DNA from: Desulfatiglandales bacterium
GTDB taxonomy: Bacteria > Desulfobacterota > DSM-4660 > Desulfatiglandales > Desulfatiglandaceae
DNA length: 64,000 bases
Direction: 5' to 3'
Assembly: GCA_963662465.1 (NCBI GenBank)
Contig: OY759599.1
Span: 6,464,001 to 6,528,000 of the forward strand
This document shows positions 35,842-44,264 of the stretch, in pieces (positions within the stretch are counted from its first letter, which is position 1; every line of letters starts with the position of its first letter). Position numbers and translations under genes: made by a program. Below the pieces are notes generated by a model. That model was not told where the DNA came from. It saw only the letters and a list, made by a program, of their open reading frames with translations, and ran no database searches.

Positions 35842-36687
35842 ATGACCAGAGTTGCCAACATCCTGTTCAATCTTATGGCCCTGTCCATTGCCGTTTATCT
35901 CGGCGTGGATATCTTCTACCGGTTTGTGGATGTGCAATTAATGCCTGCAAAATCCGTGGAAATGGCGGCAGGGGCAGCTCCGGACCGGGTCCTGGAAAAG
36001 CTGCCGCTCCTGGCCCATTATGGAAAAATCAGCGAACGGGGGCTGTTGGGTGGTCCCGTAAAAGGGGGCATCGAAGCGGAAACGGAAGAAATGGGCGAAG
36101 AACAGATCGCGGCTCTTAAACCCACCAGTCTGGGCATCGTTTTGCTGGGGACGGTTTCTGGTCCTGAACGGGTTGCTTTTGCCGTGATGGAGGAAAAAGG
36201 GAAAAAAATGCAGGGCCTTTACCATACCGGAGACAAGGTTCAAGGCGCCCTGATTAAAAAAGTCTTGAGGGGCAAGGTGATTCTTGAGGTTAACGGGAAA
36301 GATGAAATCCTTGAAATGGAACAGACCAAAACCGGAAAAGGGGCAACCGCCGGGAACCGGAGCCATGGGGACACCATTACCGTTGCTCACGATGATCTTC
36401 AAAAGTCACTGGGTAACATCAACTCCCTCCTGACGCAGGTTCGTATCCGCCCTTTCATCAAAAATGGTCAGCCGGACGGACTGATGCTCTCCCGCATAAA
36501 GGCGGACTCGATTTTTTCCAAGCTGGGCCTTAAGAATGGGGATGTGGTCAAAAAAATAGACAACCAGTTGATCAAAAGCCCCGATGACGCTTTTGCATTT
36601 TACAACCGACTCAAGTCCGGCGCCGAGCTTTCGCTGGAAGTCGCCCGGGGAAGCGAAACGAGAACCCTTAATTACCATTTCAAATAG
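35842..36687 (+). CDS. gspC: T2SS protein C with a PDZ domain
   Basis: TM helix, HR domain (LLGTV...YHTGD), PDZ (LGLKNGDVV). Confidence 0.88.
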   Translation: MTRVANILFNLMALSIAVYLGVDIFYRFVDVQLMPAKSVEMAAGAAPDRVLEKLPLLAHYGKISERGLLGGPVKGGIEAETEEMGEEQIAALKPTSLGIVLLGTVSGPERVAFAVMEEKGKKMQGLYHTGDKVQGALIKKVLRGKVILEVNGKDEILEMEQTKTGKGATAGNRSHGDTITVAHDDLQKSLGNINSLLTQVRIRPFIKNGQPDGLMLSRIKADSIFSKLGLKNGDVVKKIDNQLIKSPDDAFAFYNRLKSGAELSLEVARGSETRTLNYHFK

Positions 36688-36690
36688 ACT

Positions 36691-38247
36691 ATGTATTCGA
36701 CTTTTTTTGGATTTAAGGAACATCCCTTCAACCTGACGCCTGACCCCCGGTATCTCTACTTGAGCCGGTATCACCGGGAGGCGCTGGATCACCTGCTCTA
36801 TGGCATTAACCAGCGAAAGGGGTTTATTGCCATTACGGGGGGGGTGGGCACCGGTAAAACCACGCTGTGTCGTGCCCTGTTGGATCATCTGGATGCGTCT
36901 TGCAAAAGTGCGCTCATTTTCAGTTCTTTTGTTTCGGATATGGAAATTCTGAGGTCTATCGCCCATGAGTTCGGCATCACCATTCCCGTGGAAACGGAGA
37001 GCAAAAACGCCCTGCTGGACGCCATCAACGATTTTTTGCTGCAAGTTTTCAGGGAAGGGGGCAACGCGCTTCTTTTGATCGATGAGGCCCAGAACCTTTC
37101 ACGAACGGTCCTGGAGCAGATTCGAATGCTTTCCAACCTGGAAACGGAAAAGGATAAACTCATCCAGATCGTTCTGGTGGGCCAATCGGAGCTGAAAAAT
37201 GTTCTCTCAGCCCATTCAATGAGACAGCTGGACGATCGCATCACCGTGCGCTATCATTTGAAGCCCCTGGATCGAAAAGACGTTCAGGGGTATGTGGAAC
37301 ATCGTCTGGTGGTGGCGGGGGGACGGGGAGACGTCCATTTCTCCGATGGGGCCTTCAAGCGAATCTACGCCTATTCAGGGGGCAATCCAAGGCGGATCAA
37401 TGCGGTTTGCGACCGGGCGCTTCTTCTGGCGTATACCGCTGAAAAACGGAACATTTCAGGGAAAATGACGGCCAGGGCGATTCTGGATCTTCGCGGCGGT
37501 GTGGATGAGGACGGACGCCGCCCAGCCGGTGGAATGCAATGGCTCCGGGGAAAATGGATTCCGCCTGCGATTCTTGTTTTTATGATGGCGGCCGGCATTG
37601 CCCTATGGTCTTTCGGGGGGAATATCTTTTTGTCGGCGTCCAATGGGCTGTCAGTGGCCCATTCCGTTAAATCCGTTACGGTCCCGTCAACCCATTCCCT
37701 CTTTCTGACGAAAAAAGAGAGCATTGCCGCTCTGTTTGATCTGGCGGAAGGGGCCATATCCCCGGAAGGTGAGGGTGGCGGCGCCCATATGGGCCTGGTG
37801 TCATTTCCTTTGGCGGCCGAATATTTTATGATGTTGAAAAAGCCTTTCAGAATTGAAACGTCAGTCAGTGGGAACGATGGGCAGTTTCGCTATCTTCTGA
37901 TTCATCACGTAACGCCGGGCGGCGCCGTTGCTTTGGATGTGGACGGCAATCAGAGGGAGCTTACGCGGGATTTCATTTTGAAACATTGGGGTGGTCAGGT
38001 CGCGTGGGTGTACCCATACGGCGACAACAGCCTTTTTTTGAAACAGGGAATGCGGTCTTCGAATGTCCTTGCCGTTCAAGAAGTGTTGCGGGATTTGGGG
38101 TACCTGGCGACCCCCAACGGCATTTTTGATCACCAGACCCATGGGGAAGTCAAAAAATTTCAGGATGATTTCGGTCTTAAGGCGGACGGCGTGGTGGGTT
38201 CGAGAACCCTGGCCCTACTTTACCAGATGGCGGATAAACCCATATGA
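36691..38247 (+). CDS. exeA: ExeA/GspA ATPase with a C-terminal peptidoglycan-binding domain
   Basis: MYxxFFG.xExPF.xTPDP, GGVGTGKT, IDEAQNL, G.PRRIN, FQ...GL..DGVVG..T. Confidence 0.9.
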   Translation: MYSTFFGFKEHPFNLTPDPRYLYLSRYHREALDHLLYGINQRKGFIAITGGVGTGKTTLCRALLDHLDASCKSALIFSSFVSDMEILRSIAHEFGITIPVETESKNALLDAINDFLLQVFREGGNALLLIDEAQNLSRTVLEQIRMLSNLETEKDKLIQIVLVGQSELKNVLSAHSMRQLDDRITVRYHLKPLDRKDVQGYVEHRLVVAGGRGDVHFSDGAFKRIYAYSGGNPRRINAVCDRALLLAYTAEKRNISGKMTARAILDLRGGVDEDGRRPAGGMQWLRGKWIPPAILVFMMAAGIALWSFGGNIFLSASNGLSVAHSVKSVTVPSTHSLFLTKKESIAALFDLAEGAISPEGEGGGAHMGLVSFPLAAEYFMMLKKPFRIETSVSGNDGQFRYLLIHHVTPGGAVALDVDGNQRELTRDFILKHWGGQVAWVYPYGDNSLFLKQGMRSSNVLAVQEVLRDLGYLATPNGIFDHQTHGEVKKFQDDFGLKADGVVGSRTLALLYQMADKPI

Positions 38248-38855
38248 GCTACATCCATGAGGCGCTGAAAAAAGCCCAAGATGAACGGGACCTGGGAAAA
38301 GGCTCGTACGCCGGAATAACGGCTCCCCAGGGGAAAAAGCCTCGCGTCGCCCTTCGCAAAACCATTTTGTGGGCTATTCTTGTGTTGATGGTTCTGCTTG
38401 CTTTTGCGGCCTATTCATGGTGGGATCTGAAAAAAATAGGGACGAATCATTATTCGCCCGTGCCGGAAAGCGCTGCGGCATGCTATGAAAAGGCGAGAGC
38501 GTTTAACCGGGAAGGTCGTTTGTCGGACGCCGGAGCATGGTATGAAAAGGTCATCGCCATGGACCCGGGCCATGTTCAGGCGCTCAATAACCTGGGTGTA
38601 CTCCGCCTTCATGAAAAGGACTACCCGGCAGCCCGAAGATGTTTTGAAAAAGCAAGCCACTTGAAACCCGATTATGTGGATCCCTATTACAACCTGGCCT
38701 GTGTTTCCGCGGTCACGGACCAGGCGGATCAGGGGCTTCGATATTTGGAAAAAGCCATTTCCCTGGATCCGAATGTTAGGGAGTGGGCGCGAAAAGATCC
38801 GGATCTGGATGCGTTGAGAGAATCGGTTTTGTTCCGGGAGATGGTTGGTAAGTGA
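38244..38855 (+). CDS. GspB-like membrane-anchored TPR protein
   Basis: MSYIHEALKKAQDER (GspB-type N-terminus), TM helix, TPRs, YNLAC...ARKDPDL. Confidence 0.72.
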   Translation: MSYIHEALKKAQDERDLGKGSYAGITAPQGKKPRVALRKTILWAILVLMVLLAFAAYSWWDLKKIGTNHYSPVPESAAACYEKARAFNREGRLSDAGAWYEKVIAMDPGHVQALNNLGVLRLHEKDYPAARRCFEKASHLKPDYVDPYYNLACVSAVTDQADQGLRYLEKAISLDPNVREWARKDPDLDALRESVLFREMVGK

Positions 38856-38885
38856 AGAGTGAAAAGTGAAGAGTGAAGGGTGAAA
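38851..38885. repeat. (AGTGAAR)5 array at the TPR gene/gspD junction
   Basis: TGA in unit 1; an in-frame GTG for gspD in unit 5. Confidence 0.92.
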
Positions 38886-38900
38886 AAAACGAGAGTAAAC

Positions 38901-40979
38901 ATGAAATATCATAAACTGTTATGCTGCTTTTTTGTTGCTTTGCTGGGAGTAGGGTTCTTTTTGATGCCCTCGTCGGTTTTGGGTGCTCGCGTGACGGGGG
39001 AAGATGGCGTCATCCCTGCCGTTCCTCAAAGCGCATCAGCAAAGGAAAAACCTGTTTCAGTTTCTCCTTCGCCCCTGAAGGGATCGGTCGAGGCCCAAAA
39101 GGAACACGCGCCGGAACCGGATGAATCGGAAGCTGCTGTGACTATCGATTTCGATCAGGTGGATATTCCCATTTTCATCAAATTTATGAGCGAATTGACC
39201 GGAAAGAATTTCGTCATCGACAAAGGCGTCAGGGGCAAGGTGACCATTATTTCCCCCAACAAAATCAGCGTGGATGAGGCTTACAGGGTCTTTGAATCGG
39301 TGCTTGAGGTTTATGGCTATACCACTGTGCCCTCAGGCAACATCATCAAAATCGTTCCCGCGGTAAGCGCTCGCACCATGAGCGTGGAAACCCGATTGAA
39401 GAAAGGCGCTCTGGACCCGGGCGATAAAGTGGTTACCCAGTTGATTCCCCTGCGGTATGCGGACCCTGATGATCTGAAAAAACTGTTTGCACCGTTTATC
39501 AGCAAAAGCAGCGTCATGGTGTCCTATTCCCCTACCCGAACCCTGATTGTTACGGATGTGCAGTCTAATATCAAACGCCTTTTGAGTATTGCCCACGCCA
39601 TTGATGTGAAAGGTGTGGGTGAGGAGATATCCGTGGTCCCCCTGGAATATGCCACCGCCGGCCCCCTGGCCAAGTCTTTGAATACGGTGTTTGAGCGGCG
39701 GGCCATGAAGCGCAAGGGCAGCGCTGATGAGCAGACCGTCACCAAGATTGTGGCCGATGAAAGGACCAATTCGTTGATCGTGGTGGCATCCGAGGACGAT
39801 TCCGCCAGAATCCGGAAACTGGTGGAACTTCTGGACAAGGAAGCGCCCCGGGGCAAGGGCGACATCCATGTGTTTTATCTGCAGCATGCCAATGCCGAAG
39901 ATTTGACCAAGGTGCTGACCGCCCTTCCGTCCAAAAAATCAAGTGGCGAAAACAAGGGGAAGGCCCCCATCCTTTCCAAGGAAGCCCGGGTTGTGGCGGA
40001 CCAGGCCACTAATTCCCTGGTCATCATGGCGGAAAAGGATGACTATCTGGTGCTGGAAGAGGTTATTCAGAAACTGGATATTCCGCGAATGATGGTTTTT
40101 ATCGAGGCCCTCATCATGGAAGTAAATGTGAATAAGGATTTCAACCTGGGTGTGGAGTGGGAGGGGGTCAAGGATATTTCCTATAATGGGAAGACCGGCG
40201 GGATTTTTGGCGGTTCCAAATCGTCAGATTCGGGTACCCTGGGGCCGATGTTGAGTACTGGAGCGCTTCCCAAAGGCTTTTCCATGGGGGTTATCAGCGA
40301 ACTTATCGAGATCGGCGGCATCAAATTTCCGAACCTGGCGGCGGTGGTGAACGCCTACCAGAAGGATCGGGACGTCCATATCCTTTCTACCCCTCAGATC
40401 CTCACCACGGACAATGAGGAGGCGGAGATCATGGTGGGAAAAAACGTGCCCTACCAGGTTCGTCAGGAAACCACGGATGCGCAGTTGAACTACAGTTCCT
40501 ATGAGTATAAGGACGTAGGCGTAACCCTCAAAGTCACCCCACAGATCAGCCAGGAACGGTTTGTTCGCCTCAATATTCATCAGGAGGTGACCCGGCTGGT
40601 CCAAGATTCCGTTTCGACCTCAGACTCAACGACGCGTCCTGAGACCTGGAAGCGTATGGCCCAGACTACGGTGATCGTCAAGGATGCCAACACTGTGGTG
40701 ATTGGCGGACTGATCGGGGATGAGACCACGAATACCGACTACCAGGTGCCCTGCCTGGGAAATATTCCCCTCGTGGGCTGGCTTTTCAAGGGGACCAGCA
40801 AATATCGGGAACGGACGAACCTCTTTATTTTCCTGACGCCTCGCATTGTCCAGAATCCGGCTGAGGCCAGAAAAATTTACCTGGATAAGAAGGACCAGAT
40901 CGAACGGATTAAGGAAGGGGTTATTAAAATGTACCATAGGACCAAACCCAAACCGCTGGAAGTGAAGAGTGAAAAGTGA
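38901..40979 (+). CDS. gspD: T2SS secretin D
   Basis: N0-N3 domains (IDFDQVDI, TGKNFVID, DERTNSL) and secretin domain (STPQIL, DVGVTLKVTP, VPCLGNIP); alternative start GTG 38880. Confidence 0.96.
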   Translation: MKYHKLLCCFFVALLGVGFFLMPSSVLGARVTGEDGVIPAVPQSASAKEKPVSVSPSPLKGSVEAQKEHAPEPDESEAAVTIDFDQVDIPIFIKFMSELTGKNFVIDKGVRGKVTIISPNKISVDEAYRVFESVLEVYGYTTVPSGNIIKIVPAVSARTMSVETRLKKGALDPGDKVVTQLIPLRYADPDDLKKLFAPFISKSSVMVSYSPTRTLIVTDVQSNIKRLLSIAHAIDVKGVGEEISVVPLEYATAGPLAKSLNTVFERRAMKRKGSADEQTVTKIVADERTNSLIVVASEDDSARIRKLVELLDKEAPRGKGDIHVFYLQHANAEDLTKVLTALPSKKSSGENKGKAPILSKEARVVADQATNSLVIMAEKDDYLVLEEVIQKLDIPRMMVFIEALIMEVNVNKDFNLGVEWEGVKDISYNGKTGGIFGGSKSSDSGTLGPMLSTGALPKGFSMGVISELIEIGGIKFPNLAAVVNAYQKDRDVHILSTPQILTTDNEEAEIMVGKNVPYQVRQETTDAQLNYSSYEYKDVGVTLKVTPQISQERFVRLNIHQEVTRLVQDSVSTSDSTTRPETWKRMAQTTVIVKDANTVVIGGLIGDETTNTDYQVPCLGNIPLVGWLFKGTSKYRERTNLFIFLTPRIVQNPAEARKIYLDKKDQIERIKEGVIKMYHRTKPKPLEVKSEK

Positions 40980-40988
40980 AGAGTGAAA
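40961..40988. repeat. (AGTGAAR)4 array at the gspD/gspE junction
   Basis: Encodes the gspD tail VKSEK; GTGA stop/start overlap at 40976-40979. Confidence 0.92.
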
Positions 40989-42736
40989 AGATTTTGGTTT
41001 CTGCAATAACAACGCCTATGTCATCCGGTATTCCAGACGGCCCTTGGGTCCGGCCGTTGGGAGAAATCCTTTCTGAAACCAGTGGGTTGCATGAAACCCA
41101 TCTTCAGCAGGCACTGCAGGTTCAGGAAGAAAAAGGGGGAAGACTGGGAGAGATCCTGATTCGCCGGAAGGTGATTACGGAAGGCGATCTACTCGCTGCT
41201 CTGGGATTGCAGTGGGATTTGCCGGTTTCCATGACCCTGCCCTTTGAAGATCTGAATACGGCTTTTACCGAAAATACGCCCATTCAGTTTCTCAAGAAAT
41301 TTAAACTGGTCCCCGTGGTTACCCGTCAAGGGGCCACTATTGCCGTCAATGATCCTTTACAGTTTCAGGCCCTGGATGATGTGCGGAGACTGCTGGATCT
41401 GGAGGATGCGGCCGTGGTGCTGGCGCCTGTTTCGGCGATTTTTTCAGTCATCAACGCGGCCTACGACGTAAGCGGCGATTCCGCTGAGCGGGTCATCGAG
41501 GACATGCAGGAGGGAGAAGCCGGTCGCATATTATCGGAAATCGAGGAGACAACGGATCTGCTGGAGGATACCAGCGACGCCCCCGTGGTGAAACTGGTCA
41601 ATCTCATGCTGAGCCGGGCGGTCAAGGCCCGGGCCAGCGATATCCATATCGAGCATTCCCAGCGCAAACTGCGCATTCGATACCGGGTGGACGGCATCCT
41701 TTACGACATGCTGAGCCCGCCCAAACATATTCAGTCGGCCCTGATTTCCCGCATCAAGATTATGGCCAAGATGAACATTGCCGAGAAGAGACTGCCCCAG
41801 GATGGTCGTATCAAGATCCGTATCGCGGACAAAAATGTTGATATTCGCGTGTCTACCATTCCCGTGGCATTTGGAGAACGGGTGGTCCTTCGGTTGCTGG
41901 ATAAAACCAACGTGCTGCTCAAGGCAACGGACCTGGGCATGCCCCAAAAGGATTTGACGACCTTTGAACAGCTCATTACCTCCCCCCACGGCATTATTCT
42001 GGTGACCGGCCCCACGGGCAGCGGCAAGACCACCACCCTTTATGCGGCGTTGTCCACCATCAATAAGACGGATATCAATATCATTACTATCGAGGACCCC
42101 ATCGAGTACCAGATCGACGGGATCGGCCAGATCCAGACCAACAGCAAAATTGATCTCACCTTTGCCAAGGGATTGCGCTCCATTGTCCGCCAGGACCCGG
42201 ACGTGATTCTGGTGGGGGAGGTGCGTGATCTCGAGACCGCCGAAATCGCTATCCAATCGGCCCTCACCGGGCATTTGGTTTTTTCCACCCTGCATACCAA
42301 TGATTCCGCCGGCGCTGTGACCCGCCTCATCGATATGGGCATCGAACCCTTCCTTGTTACGTCTTCAGTGACCGCTATTCTGGCCCAGCGGTTGGTGCGG
42401 GTTATTTGCGCCCAATGCCGTGAGGCGTACACCCCGGACGAGGAATCCCTCCGGAAGGTCGGCATCACTCGCGAGATGGCCCAGGGGGCGACCATCTATC
42501 GGGGGCGAGGATGTCCCGCCTGTCTGGATACGGGGTTCAAGGGCCGAACCGGTATCTTTGAGTTTATGGTGCTGGATGAAAAGATCAAAAACATGATTTT
42601 AAAAACTTCCGATGCCAATGCCCTCAAGCGGGCTGCTATCGAGGGAGGAATGACCACGCTGCGCCGGGACGGCGCCCGAAAAGTCCTTGAGGGGGTTACC
42701 ACCATCGAGGAAGTTTTCCGAGTGACCTATCAGTAA
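40976..42736 (+). CDS. gspE: T2SS ATPase E
   Basis: ASDIHIE, RLPQDGR, GPTGSGKTT, EDPIE, RQDPD, STLHTND, tetracysteine motif; alternative start ATG 41018. Confidence 0.96.
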   Translation: MKSEKILVSAITTPMSSGIPDGPWVRPLGEILSETSGLHETHLQQALQVQEEKGGRLGEILIRRKVITEGDLLAALGLQWDLPVSMTLPFEDLNTAFTENTPIQFLKKFKLVPVVTRQGATIAVNDPLQFQALDDVRRLLDLEDAAVVLAPVSAIFSVINAAYDVSGDSAERVIEDMQEGEAGRILSEIEETTDLLEDTSDAPVVKLVNLMLSRAVKARASDIHIEHSQRKLRIRYRVDGILYDMLSPPKHIQSALISRIKIMAKMNIAEKRLPQDGRIKIRIADKNVDIRVSTIPVAFGERVVLRLLDKTNVLLKATDLGMPQKDLTTFEQLITSPHGIILVTGPTGSGKTTTLYAALSTINKTDINIITIEDPIEYQIDGIGQIQTNSKIDLTFAKGLRSIVRQDPDVILVGEVRDLETAEIAIQSALTGHLVFSTLHTNDSAGAVTRLIDMGIEPFLVTSSVTAILAQRLVRVICAQCREAYTPDEESLRKVGITREMAQGATIYRGRGCPACLDTGFKGRTGIFEFMVLDEKIKNMILKTSDANALKRAAIEGGMTTLRRDGARKVLEGVTTIEEVFRVTYQ

Positions 42737-42768
42737 ACGCCAAATTTCTTTATTGAGGCACCCTTTTT

Positions 42769-43407
42769 ATGACTAAAAACAAAGCGCTACGCGCCGTCAT
42801 TTTCGATTGTGACGGCGTCATGTTTGACTCTCGCCAGGCCAACATCAATTTTTACAACCATCTGCTGGCCCGCTTTCATTTGCCGCCCATGGACCCGGAA
42901 GAGATTGATTATGTTCATATGGCCACGGGCCGTGATTCCGTGGCGCATATTTTCAGGAAAACACCCCATTTTGAGGAAGCCGACGCGTACCGGCTGCAAA
43001 TGGATTACACCCCGTTCATCAGGGATATGATGATTGCCCCCGGGCTCAAGGATCTCCTAATAAAGCTGCGGCCGCAATTTCGCCTGGCGGTGGCCACCAA
43101 TCGGAGCAATACCATTCAGGATGTGTTGGAACAAAATGACCTGACCGGGCTTTTTGATATGGTGGTATCTTCCCTGGACGTGAAGAACCCCAAGCCTCAC
43201 CCGGAATCCGTTTTCAAAATCCTGGATTTTTTTGGTTTGGAGAGTACTCAGGCCATTTACATCGGAGATTCATCCGTAGATTATGAAACGGCCAGAGCCG
43301 CTGATGTCTGTTTTGTAGCCTATGGGAATGATCAGTTGGAAGCCGCTTTCAAGGTAAATACCATGGGGGAGGTGGCGGCGGTGCTTCGGGCCTTTGATGG
43401 GTGTTAG
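42769..43407 (+). CDS. HAD-IA hydrolase (phosphoglycolate phosphatase-like)
   Basis: FDCDGV, ATNR, KPHP, IGDS..D. Confidence 0.9.
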   Translation: MTKNKALRAVIFDCDGVMFDSRQANINFYNHLLARFHLPPMDPEEIDYVHMATGRDSVAHIFRKTPHFEEADAYRLQMDYTPFIRDMMIAPGLKDLLIKLRPQFRLAVATNRSNTIQDVLEQNDLTGLFDMVVSSLDVKNPKPHPESVFKILDFFGLESTQAIYIGDSSVDYETARAADVCFVAYGNDQLEAAFKVNTMGEVAAVLRAFDGC

Positions 43408-43411
43408 GACT

Positions 43412-43446
43412 GAGGTCGGAGGTCAGAGGTCAGAGGTCGGATAGCG
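43412..43446. repeat. (GAGGTCR)4 heptamer array plus a degenerate unit between convergent genes
   Basis: gaggtcg gaggtca gaggtca gaggtcg gatagcg. Confidence 0.85.
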
Positions 43447-43457
43447 GAAAGTCGGCG

Positions 43458-44264
43458 TTATTTGATTTCCGTGGCGAAATTCTTCTGGATATAAGAGCCG
43501 GGAACGGCCAGGTTGATGGCGCTGTAGGCCTTGAATCCAAGGCTCACCACGCCGATGAGTTTGCCTTCCTTGTCTACAACGGGTCCGCCGCTGTTGCCCC
43601 CAATCACCGGGGCCGAAAACTGTATCCAATCCCCTTTGTAAGGGGCTTTCATTTTCAGCTCTTTTTTGAAATCCTTTTCGGGGAATATCCGGCTGAAGTT
43701 GCCGCTGGTAACTGTTTCTTTGAAAGCCAGCAGGGGGTTGCCCACAACCCAGACCTGCTCTCCCCGAACCAGCGTGTCGGTTTCCCGGATTTCGAGATAG
43801 GGGGTGGGTTTTCCCACGATGACCTGGATCAGCGCCAAATCGTTCTTTCGGCTTTTTTTTAAAATTTTCACCGAATATTTTTTCTTTTCTCCGGCCAGTT
43901 CGGCCTTCATGCTGTAGGTGGCCCCTGAAACCACATGCTTTGCCGTTATGGCGAGACCTTTATCATTGATGAAAAACCCGGAACCGCCACCTTTCCGGTT
44001 GGTCAGGCGAAAGGTGCATTGGACTGCGTGATCTATGGGGTTATCGGAAATGGCAATGGGGTTTTTTTCGGGGGGTGGTGCTTCCTTGAATTTTCTTTCC
44101 TCAACGTCTCCTCCGGCCTGGTCCGGATGGGGCGGCCGATCGGAAAAATGGACGGTGCCGTCCTTGCCGTGCCATATGTAGGCCTTTCCCGCGATGGCCC
44201 CTGCCGATAGGAAACAGACGTTTCCCAACAGGATGCACAGGACTGTTATGAAATATCGCTTCAT
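43458..44264 (-). CDS. Exported trypsin-like serine protease with an N-terminal DUF4124
   Basis: YIWHGKDGTVHFSDRP, GSGFFI, TAKHVV, DLAL, GNSGGP; ATGA coupling to the upstream gene. Confidence 0.88.
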   Translation of the reverse strand: MKRYFITVLCILLGNVCFLSAGAIAGKAYIWHGKDGTVHFSDRPPHPDQAGGDVEERKFKEAPPPEKNPIAISDNPIDHAVQCTFRLTNRKGGGSGFFINDKGLAITAKHVVSGATYSMKAELAGEKKKYSVKILKKSRKNDLALIQVIVGKPTPYLEIRETDTLVRGEQVWVVGNPLLAFKETVTSGNFSRIFPEKDFKKELKMKAPYKGDWIQFSAPVIGGNSGGPVVDKEGKLIGVVSLGFKAYSAINLAVPGSYIQKNFATEIK

